From assembly GCA_947304355.1 (NCBI GenBank), contig CAMZAX010000001.1, positions 78,950 to 142,949 of the forward strand: a DNA stretch of 64,000 bases. Direction: 5' to 3'. Shown piece after piece: positions 38,501 through 47,287 of the stretch. The notes under the pieces are model-generated. The model saw only the letters and a program-made list of their open reading frames with translations. It made no database searches and had not been told where the DNA came from. This DNA is from an uncultured Selenomonadales bacterium. Lineage in GTDB: Bacteria > Bacillota > Negativicutes > Selenomonadales > Selenomonadaceae. How positions within the stretch are numbered: the stretch's first letter is position 1; every line of letters begins with the position of its first letter. The position numbers and the translations under genes are program-made.

Positions 38501-39975
38501 CCGACGGCGCGATACGCCTGTCCAAGGAGATTGTGCAAAATCATCGTCGTGACGGTGTCGCCGCCTTCAAGCGTCAAAGCGCGTTCTGCAACTTTAATCG
38601 TGTCGCGGCAGTTGTTTTGGAAGAAATGAATTCGCGCCCGCAAAAGCAAACGATACGGCGACGGCGGGAAATTTTCTTCAAGCCAACTTACGACGGTCTC
38701 TGATTCGTCAGCCATCTTGTAATCGACGTAAACGGAGGCGACGCGTTCAATCGACGCGGGGTCGTCGGGTTTCAGCGCGAAAAGTTTTTCTGCCGCCCGC
38801 AAAATTTTTTCACGGTCGCGAAGGACTTCCACGGCGTGAATCAGCTCGGCGGTCAGCGCGGTGACGACTTGGGCTTTTTCTTCGGGCGTGAGTTGAATTT
38901 TCGTCTGCCATTCGTTCACGCGCGTCTCGGCGTAGCGACGGGTTTGTTCGTCGAAGGCAGACGATTCGTATTGTTCGCCGTAGTTCGCCGCCTTGTCCAG
39001 AGCCCTCCGCATTTCGGCAATCGCCGCCCGATAATCGCCGCGTTCGGCAAAAATCTCGGCGAGTCCTGCAGAAAATTCGGGCACGGCAGGATAACGTTCG
39101 ACGGCAAGTCGCGAGTACTTCAAGAAGTCGTCAGCCTGCGCGGGCTTGCGCGACAACACGTCCAACAAAACGGCGGTCGAGTTCTTTGACAGCGTCGCGC
39201 CCGTGTCGAAGTCAAGGCGCGCAAATTTTTCGGCGTTGTCGAAGTCGCCCAGCCCGTGATACGTTTCGGCGAGATAGCCGTAAATCCGCTTGGGATTGTC
39301 GGTCGCGGCGAGTTCGTCAAGCAAAAGTTTCAAGTTGCGCGTCATCTTGTCCTTGTGCAGCGACGCGGAATAGCCCGTGTGCCAAAGCGTGAGCATGTCG
39401 GCGGGGATTTGCATAAGGCTCGTCAACAGTTCGTCGCCGATAAAAACTTGCTCGTGAATCTTGCCGACGTAACGGACGCCCGCTGCGTTTTCAAACAGCC
39501 GCAAGACGCGATTGATGCCCAAATTTTTGTTGGCGTTCTCCGCGTCAATGTCGACACGACTTAAAAGCACGCCTTTGACATCGAGAGCTTGAGCGCGTTT
39601 GACGGCGTCGCGCAGATTTTTGGCGGTGTCGTTGACAAAAAATTCGTCGGCGTCGAGAAAAAGAATCCAATCGCCCGCAGCGGCTTGCAGAGCGACGTTG
39701 CGCGGGGCGGCGAAGTCGTTTTGCCACGGCTCGTGAAAAATTTTCGCGTTGAACTCTTCGGCGACGGCGACGGTCGAATCGGTTGAGCCGGTGTCGACAA
39801 CGATAATTTCGTCAACGTACTTGGCGACGCTCTCCAACGAACGGCGCAAATCGCGTTCGGCGTCCTTGACGATGTAGCACGCGGAGATTTTAACCTTGCC
39901 CTTTGTCCCTTGCCCCTTGTCCCTTGCCTTCCGCTTTGCCAAAATGCTCACTCCCGTAAAAAAATTTGTCGCCAT
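35539..39975 (-). CDS. Giant multidomain glycosyltransferase: GT2 + TPR + GT41(SPINDLY/OGT-like) + TPR + GT41
   Basis: ISACYIVKDAE...VVDTGSTD...DADE (GT2). Two paralogous blocks: KIRVGYISPDVRFH...DTAGHS...PIQISGIGY and IKIGYISGDFRKH...DLAGHT...PVQISGLGY. The start could instead be TTG 39942. Confidence 0.8.
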   Translation of the reverse strand: MATNFFTGVSILAKRKARDKGQGTKGKVKISACYIVKDAERDLRRSLESVAKYVDEIIVVDTGSTDSTVAVAEEFNAKIFHEPWQNDFAAPRNVALQAAAGDWILFLDADEFFVNDTAKNLRDAVKRAQALDVKGVLLSRVDIDAENANKNLGINRVLRLFENAAGVRYVGKIHEQVFIGDELLTSLMQIPADMLTLWHTGYSASLHKDKMTRNLKLLLDELAATDNPKRIYGYLAETYHGLGDFDNAEKFARLDFDTGATLSKNSTAVLLDVLSRKPAQADDFLKYSRLAVERYPAVPEFSAGLAEIFAERGDYRAAIAEMRRALDKAANYGEQYESSAFDEQTRRYAETRVNEWQTKIQLTPEEKAQVVTALTAELIHAVEVLRDREKILRAAEKLFALKPDDPASIERVASVYVDYKMADESETVVSWLEENFPPSPYRLLLRARIHFFQNNCRDTIKVAERALTLEGGDTVTTMILHNLLGQAYRAVGDVQRAVTHYEQNAKLDLTALKDSSQAAQAERIRREEYSNYLFNLHNLNVTREKIFDETRGFNDLLANIPRTAHNRKKHARHKKIRVGYISPDVRFHVVAFFSTHFFTGYDKTRFEVYIYANCGADNITEQFAAAVDTFRNISGVKASEVAAQILRDEIDILVDTAGHSANNSLEVLAYKPAPIQISGIGYFDSTGLDTADYFLADKFTDPEGLNEKFFTEKILRLQHSHFCYVWHDLQFVPAPAPCTKAGYVTFVSFNNFAKVTDEMLRLWAEILDGVPGSRLYLKNSVFRDEYGLELARERMTAAGIDLERVTYEAFETDYVKCYARADIALDTFPYPGGGTTCDALYMGVPVITLVGERHNSRFGYSLLKNIGLEELCAFSADEYVQKAIALANDRERLREYHLTIRRKMELSPVMNDTIYMGELEQAYEKIFNAWTAGKELPDFPQELEPVTPALADEYRRRAESYIPLEGRNGKSKFNRVDFKRTLYYAELAAQVKRDAKLLLTIADRRFLLDDNRGAYEMMREALEYLYPPKSDGKTYSKFFMAECHRKFAKFAHDNRQHVEAIKHYERAFELAETEQQQIELYDSILLILHFLDVSSAEMAAAHFDCQKFFEDVKPFTTYHERHDRIKIGYISGDFRKHAVFSVTFGFMSCHDRKKFEVTCYSRNPANDEYTDFFRRGVEHFVDVAALTAAQLAKKIHDDEIDIAVDLAGHTGKNGLPALAYRPVPVQISGLGYMSTTGLKQIDYFITDEELDPPNHRREEFFSEKFLYMPAQFSYARREDLPVPKGAPCRKNGFVTFGTICRYSKINDDMLAVWTEILRRVPTARLLMRAQEFISNRTQDELYGVMKGLGCDMERVIIRPAVHDYFGAISQIDIMLDAYPYVGGTTTLDALYMGVPVINLFGDRHGTRFGKSILHSVGLDELAVDNVDAYIQTAVALANDVETLDALHRNLRQMFLNSDALNPMTYCRRLEAKFAELLP
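39894..39928. repeat. Degenerate heptamer tract inside the N-terminal coding region of the giant glycosyltransferase
   Basis: CCTTGCC CTTTGTC CCTTGCC CCTTGTC CCTTGCC, translated on the minus strand as ARDKGQGTKGK. Confidence 0.85.
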
Positions 39976-40038
39976 TGTACAACGGGCAAAAAAAATTTTC
40001 CACAGCCGCGCCGACCGTGGAAAAAATTTTTCCGAACG

Positions 40039-41421
40039 TCATCTGCCCTTGGCGATAAAATTTCGCTGATAGTCGAAGCACTCCTTGGCAATGTCGTTGT
40101 TGAGGACTACAAGGCAAATCAAATTCGGAATCGCCATCAAGCCGTTCATTGTGTCGGAGAAATTCCAAACAACGTCGAGCGTTTGCGTCGCGCCGATGAA
40201 CGTTATCAAGCTGAAAATCACGCGGTAGCCGATAATGACGGGGCGCGCCTTAACGAGATATTCAAGCGACTTTTCGCCGTAATATTCCCAGCCGAGAATC
40301 GTGGAGTAGGCGAACAGCGCAAGGGCAATTGACACGATATATTTCGCGCCTTCGCCGTAGACCGTGCTGAACGCCAAAATCGTCAGCGGTGCGCCCGAAA
40401 TGAGCTTGCCGGTTTCAGGGTCGATCGTTCCGAGCACGCCCGAACTTGCGATAACCAAGCCCGTCAAAAAGCAGATAATCATTGTGTCGAAAAATGTACC
40501 CGTCATGTTGACGTAGCCTTGACGCGACGCATGGTCGGTACGAGCCGCCGCCGCCGCGATTGGAGCCGAGCCCAAGCCTGCCTCATTGGAAAAGACGCCG
40601 CGCGCCACGCCCCAACGCATTGCAGTCAACATGCTTGCGACGATTGAGCCGCCGACGCCGCCCGCAACCGCGTCGAACGAGAACGCCATTTGGAACATAA
40701 CCGCCAAGCCGCCGGGGACGTTTTCAAAATTGACGATAACGATAATCACGGTGAACAGGATATAGAAAAACGCCATGCTCGGCACGATAAAGCTTGAGAC
40801 CTTGCCGATTGAACGGACGCCGCGAATCAAGACCGCCATGGAGCAGACGACAAGCAGAATACCCGTGAATTCGGTTGACCAGCCGAAACTGGACGCGAAC
40901 GCGGAACTGATTGAGTTTGCCTGCGTCATGTTGCCGATACCGAACGAGGCGCACACCGCGAACAGCGCGAACAACGTCGCCATAACTTTGCCGAACGCGC
41001 CGCCGATGCCGTTTTTCATTGCGTACATGGGACCGCCCGACATTTCGCCGATTGAGTTCGTTTCGCGATACTTGACCGCCAAAACCGATTCGGCGTATTT
41101 GGTCGAGAGCCCGAACGCCGCACTTATCCACATCCAGACAATCGCGCCGGGGCCGCCGAGCACCATAGCCGTCGCCACGCCCACGATATTGCCCGTGCCG
41201 ACCGTCGCGCTTAATGCCGTCATGAGCGATTGGAACGGCGATAAGTCGCCCTTGTTGTCCGCCTTGTGAAGCATTATCATTTTTAAGGCGTACCAAAGAT
41301 TAATCCACGGCAGGAACCTTAGCCGAATCGTCAGGAAAACGCCCGTGCCGACCAAGAACGCCAGCATTATCGGTCCCCACACGAAATCGTTTACGTCAGT
41401 CAAGAGTTGCGATAAATCCAT
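40039..41421 (-). CDS. Alanine/glycine:cation symporter (AGCS family)
   Basis: ~11 TM segments and the ATVGTGNIVGVATA motif. Confidence 0.88.
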   Translation of the reverse strand: MDLSQLLTDVNDFVWGPIMLAFLVGTGVFLTIRLRFLPWINLWYALKMIMLHKADNKGDLSPFQSLMTALSATVGTGNIVGVATAMVLGGPGAIVWMWISAAFGLSTKYAESVLAVKYRETNSIGEMSGGPMYAMKNGIGGAFGKVMATLFALFAVCASFGIGNMTQANSISSAFASSFGWSTEFTGILLVVCSMAVLIRGVRSIGKVSSFIVPSMAFFYILFTVIIVIVNFENVPGGLAVMFQMAFSFDAVAGGVGGSIVASMLTAMRWGVARGVFSNEAGLGSAPIAAAAARTDHASRQGYVNMTGTFFDTMIICFLTGLVIASSGVLGTIDPETGKLISGAPLTILAFSTVYGEGAKYIVSIALALFAYSTILGWEYYGEKSLEYLVKARPVIIGYRVIFSLITFIGATQTLDVVWNFSDTMNGLMAIPNLICLVVLNNDIAKECFDYQRNFIAKGR

Positions 41422-41471
41422 TCCGATAATCCCTCCTGCAAATTCAAACGATAAAACTTTTTATAACACGA

Positions 41472-41500
41472 ATTATATTGAACTTGTGATAGCCTGTCAA
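41472..41500 (-). promoter_or_regulatory. Consensus sigma-70 promoter for the AGCS symporter
   Basis: On the minus strand: TTGACA, 17 nt, TATAAT (both hexamers perfect), about 45 nt upstream of the ATG. Confidence 0.7.
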
Positions 41501-41592
41501 ATTTTGCGTCCATGAATACATTGGTGTACGCGTCACGCTCAATACGCGGGCGGGCGCGTATCCATGCGCACCTTAAGTAACGCGGCGTGTCG

Positions 41593-43149
41593 TCAACCGT
41601 CAAGCGTCACGCTTGCATCGGCGAATTCGATAACAGCCGTCCTGTGCGTCGCAATGACAATCGTCCGGCGCAACGAGCGATCTTTAATCAATGCGAGGAC
41701 TTTGCGTTCCGTCGCTTCGTCGAGACCCGCCGTCGGTTCGTCGAGAAGGATTATCGGCGTGTCTTTGAGCAGCACGCGTATCAAGCCGAGCCGTTGCAGT
41801 TGTCCGCGACTGAGTTTCTGCGCGGCGTTCAAGTCGAACGGCAAGTTCAATGCGGACAAAAATTTTTTCAGGCGTGCGGCGTCGAGCGTGTCGAACATCG
41901 TGAAGTTGTCCATAAGCGGCGCGTCGAACAGGTGCGGGGCTTGCGGCGCGTACGAGACTTTCGACAGCCGAGAATTTTTTTCCATGCGCGAAGTCGGCAC
42001 GTCGTTCCAGAAAATTTCGCCCGCCGTCGGTTCAAGCAAGCCCGCCAACAATTTCAGCACCGTCGACTTGCCCGCGCCCGATTCGCCCGTCAAAGCCGTG
42101 ACTTTGCCCGCCGCAAATTTCAAGCTCAAGCCGCGTAAGACCGGCGATTTTTTTTTCGGGTAAGTAAAGCTCACGTCGTCGAACGTTATTGTTGGCGGCA
42201 TAAGTAAGGGACAAGGGACAAGGGACAAGGGACAAGGGGATTCGCCGATTATTTTCTGCAGTCGCTCAAGCGAAGACCGAGCCGAAATCATCACGTGGAA
42301 CGTCACGCCGAATTTGCGAATCGGCAAAAAAAATTCGGGCGCGATTAAAAGCAGGAATAACGCTGCTTGAAAGTCGACGCCGCCCGCCACAAGCCGTAAG
42401 CCCAACGTCACGGCGACCAACGCGATTGACAGCGTGGTTATCAGCTCCAGCGCGAACGACGACACGAATGCCAACTTCAACACGTCCAGCGTCGACGCCG
42501 AAGATTTTTCCGAAGCCGCACGGATTTTCGTCGCGCCCGCGTCGATTCGCCCGAACATTTTCAGCGTCGTTATCGCCGTCAGCAATTCGCGGAAATCGCT
42601 GTTGAGCCGTTGCAGCTCCGCCCAAGCCCGCGCGTTCCTGTCCGCCGTCGCTTTGCCAATCAACCACAAAAGCACCGGCGCAATCGGCAACGTCACAAGC
42701 AAAATCGCAGCCGTCAGCCAATCGACGAACGCCGCGCAGATTAGGAACAGCGGCAAGAAAATTATCGCCGAGACGACTTGCGGCGCGACTTTCAAAAAAA
42801 ATTCGTCTAACGCTTGAACGGTGTCGAATATCAGCGTCAACAGCTCTCCGCTTGAAGTTTCTGCGCCGTTGAAAAGTTGCGCGTGGATTTTTTTGCGGAA
42901 GGACGTTTGCACCTTGACAGACAGCCGCGCGAAAAATTTTTCCGTCACGCCCGACAAAACAAATCGTCCCGCGAAGAATCCGAACGCCGCCAACAAAAAT
43001 CCCGTCGACGGCGCGGCAATGAACTTCACCAACGAATTCGCGCCGAGCAAAATAAAAAATCCTTCGACGAGCTTGCAAAGCGCGATTCGGCTTAGGAATC
43101 GTCGTTCGGATTTCAAAGGCTCAAGCTTTTCGTAAAGTCGTCTCATCAA
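41593..43149 (-). CDS. Fused TMD-NBD ABC exporter (CydC/CydD-like family)
   Basis: Walker A GESGAGKST, signature LSRGQLQRL, Walker B ILLDEPTAGLD, H-loop ATHR. A heptamer-encoded insert sits in the linker. Confidence 0.8.
   Translation of the reverse strand: MMRRLYEKLEPLKSERRFLSRIALCKLVEGFFILLGANSLVKFIAAPSTGFLLAAFGFFAGRFVLSGVTEKFFARLSVKVQTSFRKKIHAQLFNGAETSSGELLTLIFDTVQALDEFFLKVAPQVVSAIIFLPLFLICAAFVDWLTAAILLVTLPIAPVLLWLIGKATADRNARAWAELQRLNSDFRELLTAITTLKMFGRIDAGATKIRAASEKSSASTLDVLKLAFVSSFALELITTLSIALVAVTLGLRLVAGGVDFQAALFLLLIAPEFFLPIRKFGVTFHVMISARSSLERLQKIIGESPCPLSLVPCPLLMPPTITFDDVSFTYPKKKSPVLRGLSLKFAAGKVTALTGESGAGKSTVLKLLAGLLEPTAGEIFWNDVPTSRMEKNSRLSKVSYAPQAPHLFDAPLMDNFTMFDTLDAARLKKFLSALNLPFDLNAAQKLSRGQLQRLGLIRVLLKDTPIILLDEPTAGLDEATERKVLALIKDRSLRRTIVIATHRTAVIEFADASVTLDG
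42208..42239. repeat. 4x perfect GGGACAA + GGGG, in frame within the ABC exporter linker
   Basis: Units at 42208, 42215, 42222 and 42229. The minus strand reads SPCPLSLVPCPL. Confidence 0.95.
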
Positions 43150-44329
43150 TCAGCTCACCGTTCGGCAGGAAACACTTGACCGTTAAAGTTTTGGCGTCGA
43201 CCGCAAGCGTCAAGTAGTTGTCGGTTTCGGGTTGCGGCGCGACGACCTTATCGAGCGCGTGATTAATCCACAGCCCGCCGTAACGCACGTTGCCGCTCAA
43301 GCCCGTCAAAATGTACAGCGTGCCCGTGTCGTCGTCGCGGAAATTTTTCAGCCGCCCGCGATTGCGATAGGTGTGCAGGTGCGCCGTAAACACAACGTCG
43401 ACGCCGAGCGATTCAAATTCGGGCATGAAGTGTTCGCCGACATCCGAAAAACCTTCGCGCCGTTCGGGTCGCCCGTTGATTCGATATTGCAAAACGTCCT
43501 TGTGAATGAAGGCAATCTTCCACGGCTTATCCGTCGCCGCCAAATCTGCGCGGAGCCAAGATTTTTGCGCGTCGATAACATCGGAGCCGAGTTCCTGCCA
43601 TTGACTGTCGAGAATCACGAAATGCGCCGCGCCGCAGTCGAACGAATAGAATCGCCGCGAAAAATTTTCAACGCCGTTATCGGGCGGCGCGAAGTAGTTC
43701 AGATAAGCGACGGGCGCGCGAACTTTCCAAGCCCGCGAATAAGTCTCGTGGTTGCCCATAACCGGCGCGAACGGCACGGCGGGCATGAAGTCTTCAATCT
43801 GCGTCAACCAATCCTGCCACTGCGCGGAGTCTTCGCCGTTGTCGACGAGATCGCCGACGTTCACGAAAAAAGCGGCGTCCGGGTTGCGTTCAAAAGCAGC
43901 CCGCGCCACTTGCCCCCACGTGTCGTAATCGCCGCCGCATTGCGAATCGGGGAAGATTATCGCCTTAAAGTCGCCAGAAGTTTTCAGCGCGTGCCAATCG
44001 GTTGCCGCGTCGCCGTCGACAATCCTGAACGCGTCGCCAAGCTCAATCTGCGCGGCGTACTGAACGATTTGCTTGCCGTCGTCCGTGAATGTCGAATCCT
44101 GCGCGGGAAAAGTTTTCACGGCGTCGCCCGACTTGACTTCGACGGCGGGATTTTTCAGCGGCGTGTCGACTTGCCACATCACGCATCGCGTCTCGCCAAT
44201 GTCACGCGTGACGATTTGCCGCAGAAATTTCACGTCAAGTGACGCGGGCAAAATTTTTTCGAGCGCGCAACCGGTAAGCAACGACACCGCGCCAAGTGCC
44301 GCAACCTTAACGAACGTCCGCCGATTCAA
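43121..44329 (-). CDS. Exported calcineurin-like metallophosphoesterase (purple-acid-phosphatase-like)
   Basis: MNRRTFVKVAALGAVSLLTGC signal with lipobox, then GDLVDNG, GNHE and TAHLH motifs. Confidence 0.8.
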   Translation of the reverse strand: MNRRTFVKVAALGAVSLLTGCALEKILPASLDVKFLRQIVTRDIGETRCVMWQVDTPLKNPAVEVKSGDAVKTFPAQDSTFTDDGKQIVQYAAQIELGDAFRIVDGDAATDWHALKTSGDFKAIIFPDSQCGGDYDTWGQVARAAFERNPDAAFFVNVGDLVDNGEDSAQWQDWLTQIEDFMPAVPFAPVMGNHETYSRAWKVRAPVAYLNYFAPPDNGVENFSRRFYSFDCGAAHFVILDSQWQELGSDVIDAQKSWLRADLAATDKPWKIAFIHKDVLQYRINGRPERREGFSDVGEHFMPEFESLGVDVVFTAHLHTYRNRGRLKNFRDDDTGTLYILTGLSGNVRYGGLWINHALDKVVAPQPETDNYLTLAVDAKTLTVKCFLPNGELIDETTLRKA

Positions 44330-44784
44330 GCCACGTGCCTCATCAAAAGGTTAAACACTTCGTCCGCCGCCTGAAACTTAATTTCGGTGCGACTGCCTGC
44401 GAAGTGAAATTCTTTGACCTCGGAAAAATCTTCGCCGACAATCGCCGCGTAAACCAAGCCGACGGGTTTGCCCTCGCTCGTCAAAGGTCCTGCGACGCCC
44501 GTCGTGCTCAAGCCTATTGTCGCGTTGAAAAGCTCGCGGACGTTTGTCGCCATCTCCAACGCCGTTTGACTGCTCACCGCGCCGAAAGTTTCAAGCGTCT
44601 CCGCTTTGACGTGCAGGATGTCGCGCTTAATCTCGTTGGTGTAGGCAACGACGCCGCCTTTGAAATATTTCGATGCACCCGACAAATCCGTAAACCGACT
44701 CGCCACGAGCCCGCCCGTGCAACTTTCAGCCGTCGCAAGTGTAAAATTTTCCACGTCAGTCAATCCTTTCGGCAGCAACGTCAT
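44326..44784 (-). CDS. CinA C-terminal domain protein (nicotinamide-nucleotide amidase PncC-like)
   Basis: ATAESCTGGLVA motif; 152 aa. Confidence 0.85.
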   Translation of the reverse strand: MTLLPKGLTDVENFTLATAESCTGGLVASRFTDLSGASKYFKGGVVAYTNEIKRDILHVKAETLETFGAVSSQTALEMATNVRELFNATIGLSTTGVAGPLTSEGKPVGLVYAAIVGEDFSEVKEFHFAGSRTEIKFQAADEVFNLLMRHVA

Positions 44785-46078
44785 AAACGAAACCCGCCAG
44801 CACTTTCACGCGGACAAGGTCGCCCGGCTTACTGCGGCCGTCGTTTTCGATGTAAACAAGCCCGTCTACTTCCGGCGCGTCGCGATAGGAACGCCCCGCC
44901 ACAACTTGCGGAACTTCCTCGTCACGGCTCTCAATCAAAACCTCAAGCTCGCGTCCTTCAAGCTCCTCGTTACGCTGTTGCGAAATCAAAGACTGCAAGC
45001 TCATCAAATCGTGGTAACGCTCCTGCATGACCTGTTCCGTCACTTGGTCGGGCAAATCGTAAGCCGCCGTGTTTTCCTCGCGCGAATACGTGAAGACGCC
45101 CACTTTGTCAAGCCGTTGCGTCTGCAGGAATGTTCGCAACTTCATAAAGTCTTCGTCGGTCTCGCCGGGGAAGCCAACAATAAACGTCGAACGAATCACG
45201 ACGCCGGGAATGCGCGCGCGAATTTTGTTCAGCAACGCCTCAATCGATTCGCGGGTATCGGGGCGATTCATCAGCTTTAAAATTTTGTTGCTCGCGTGCT
45301 GAAGCGGCAGGTCAACGTAATTGCAAATCTTCGGCTCGGCGGCAATCAAGTCAATCAGCTCGTCGGTGAATCTGCGCGGGTAGGCGTAAAGAATCCGAAT
45401 CCAATGCGCGTCGGTCTTTACAAGCTCGCGCAACAGCTCAACCAGTTTCGGCTTGCCGTAAAGGTCGACGCCGTAAGCCGTGGTGTCCTGCGCGATTAAA
45501 TTTATCTCCTTGACGCCCAGCCGTGCCAACCGTCGAACTTCGTCGCGCACGTCTTCAATCGGACGGGAAATTTGTCGCCCGCGAATCAAAGGTATCGAAC
45601 AGAACGAACAGCGATTGTTGCAACCCTCGGCGATTTTGACGTAAGCGGTGTAATTCGGCGTGGTGCGCAGGCGCGGGGTCTTCGCGTTGTAAATAATTTC
45701 GCGCTCGCCGATAAGAATCACGCGGCGTCCGGACAGAGCCTCTTCAATCGCCTCCATGATTCGATTCCAAGCACCCGTGCCGATAACCGCATCGACTTCG
45801 GGCATTTCGTCAAGCAAATCGCGCTTATACAGTTGCCCCAAGCAGCCCGCGACAATCAACGCCCGACAACTACCGCGCTTGTATTCGGCAAGGTTGAGAA
45901 TCGTCGTGATTGATTCTTCCTTCGCCGAGAGGATAAAGGCGCAGGTGTTGACGATTAAAATATCGGCGTCGGCGGGGTTGGGCGTCAACTCGATTCCGTG
46001 CGCCTGCATAATTCCCAACATGACTTCGGTGTCGACAAGATTTTTGGCACAGCCCAAGCTCACAAAGCCTGCTTTCAA
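44756..46078 (-). CDS. rimO: Ribosomal protein S12 methylthiotransferase
   Basis: VSLGCAKNLVDTE, radical-SAM CNNRCSFC, C-terminal TRAM domain. Confidence 0.9.
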   Translation of the reverse strand: MKAGFVSLGCAKNLVDTEVMLGIMQAHGIELTPNPADADILIVNTCAFILSAKEESITTILNLAEYKRGSCRALIVAGCLGQLYKRDLLDEMPEVDAVIGTGAWNRIMEAIEEALSGRRVILIGEREIIYNAKTPRLRTTPNYTAYVKIAEGCNNRCSFCSIPLIRGRQISRPIEDVRDEVRRLARLGVKEINLIAQDTTAYGVDLYGKPKLVELLRELVKTDAHWIRILYAYPRRFTDELIDLIAAEPKICNYVDLPLQHASNKILKLMNRPDTRESIEALLNKIRARIPGVVIRSTFIVGFPGETDEDFMKLRTFLQTQRLDKVGVFTYSREENTAAYDLPDQVTEQVMQERYHDLMSLQSLISQQRNEELEGRELEVLIESRDEEVPQVVAGRSYRDAPEVDGLVYIENDGRSKPGDLVRVKVLAGFVYDVAAERID

Positions 46079-46091
46079 CGTATAAGCCTCC

Positions 46092-47156
46092 TTATTTCAA
46101 GCGCACGTCATTAACCCAACGATTCAAGAACGCCTGCCGCTGGTCAATCGAAAACATCTGCCGATTTTTAAACAGCACGAGATTTTTGCCCGCGAACGAC
46201 TTGTAAGCCAAAGTCTGCGGATTCGTCGACAAAAAATAAAAGCCGTTGGTCTGCAGATAAAGTTGCGCCTCGTCGCCCAGCAACCAGTCTGCGAACTTCG
46301 CGGCAACTTGATTCTTCGCGGCGTCGTTCGTCGTTATCGCCACGCCCGTCAAAAGCCAACTCGTGCCGTCGGCGGGATAAATTATCTTCAAAGGGTAGCC
46401 GTCCTGCAAATAGCGCAACGTCTCGCTTTCGACGGCAACGGAAATGTCGACTTCGCCCATGCCCGCCTGCCTGACGGGATTCGACAAAAATTTCGTGTAC
46501 TGAACAACTTTCGGGTGCAAGCCGCTCAAAATCTCGTAAGTCTTCACGTCGCCGAAGTTGCCAATCATCTGGAACATAAGATTCGCCGAAGCGTCCGCTG
46601 CCAGAAAATCTGTAATGCCTATGCGAATGTTGCCTGCCTTTGCAAGCTTGTCCCACGTGTCGGGCAAATCGACGGTCGTGCGCATGTAATCCTTGTTCGC
46701 GCAAAAAACAATCGGGTCGTACCAAACGCCCGTCCAGCGGTCGTGCGCGTCTTTGAACACGTCTTTGACGGCGTCGTTGGTTTCGGATGTGTAAGGCTTG
46801 AGCAAATTCAAATCGGCGGCGGCGCGCAGGACGTCGCTGTCGGCAAGAACGATGTCAACCGTGCGCACAACCGTCGGGTCGCTTACGGCGTCGTCGCGAA
46901 TATTTTGCAAAACCTCCCGCGAACTCATCGGCACGAAATTAACGCGGACGTGATTTTCGCGCTCGTAAACCTCGGACAAAACCGCAGCCGTTTCTGCCGG
47001 CAAAGTCGTGTAAGCTGTAAGCTCGGCGGTCGGGGAGCCCACCGTCTTTTTGTCCGCGTCGACAGGCAACATGAAGCCCGCAACCGCCGCCGCCGCCAAC
47101 ATCACTGCCGTCAAGATAAAAACCGTGTATCGTCGCATTGCCCTGTTCCTCCGCAC
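46092..47156 (-). CDS. Orphan ABC-type periplasmic/extracellular solute-binding protein
   Basis: Signal anchor plus type-2 PBP-like sequence. No permease or ATPase adjacent. An alternative start is at 47138. Confidence 0.65.
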   Translation of the reverse strand: MRRNRAMRRYTVFILTAVMLAAAAVAGFMLPVDADKKTVGSPTAELTAYTTLPAETAAVLSEVYERENHVRVNFVPMSSREVLQNIRDDAVSDPTVVRTVDIVLADSDVLRAAADLNLLKPYTSETNDAVKDVFKDAHDRWTGVWYDPIVFCANKDYMRTTVDLPDTWDKLAKAGNIRIGITDFLAADASANLMFQMIGNFGDVKTYEILSGLHPKVVQYTKFLSNPVRQAGMGEVDISVAVESETLRYLQDGYPLKIIYPADGTSWLLTGVAITTNDAAKNQVAAKFADWLLGDEAQLYLQTNGFYFLSTNPQTLAYKSFAGKNLVLFKNRQMFSIDQRQAFLNRWVNDVRLK

Positions 47157-47209
47157 ATTTTTTCAGGCATTATACAAATTTTAAGGCTCGCTGACAAGAC
47201 AAAACTTAT

Positions 47210-47228
47210 CCCTTGTCCCTTGTCCCTT
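47210..47228. repeat. Short TTGTCCC-type heptamer tract (intergenic)
   Basis: CCCTTGTCCCTTGTCCCTT. Confidence 0.85.
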
Positions 47229-47287
47229 AACTACGCCTTGCCCGAAATCAACCCGCATGATAAAATTCCGCCGAAGGAGGCGACGAC

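Noticed and set aside
41422-41471. Glycine riboswitch upstream of the AGCS symporter
   Set aside because: The predicted leader between the consensus promoter and the ATG is only ~45 nt and shows no glycine-aptamer features.
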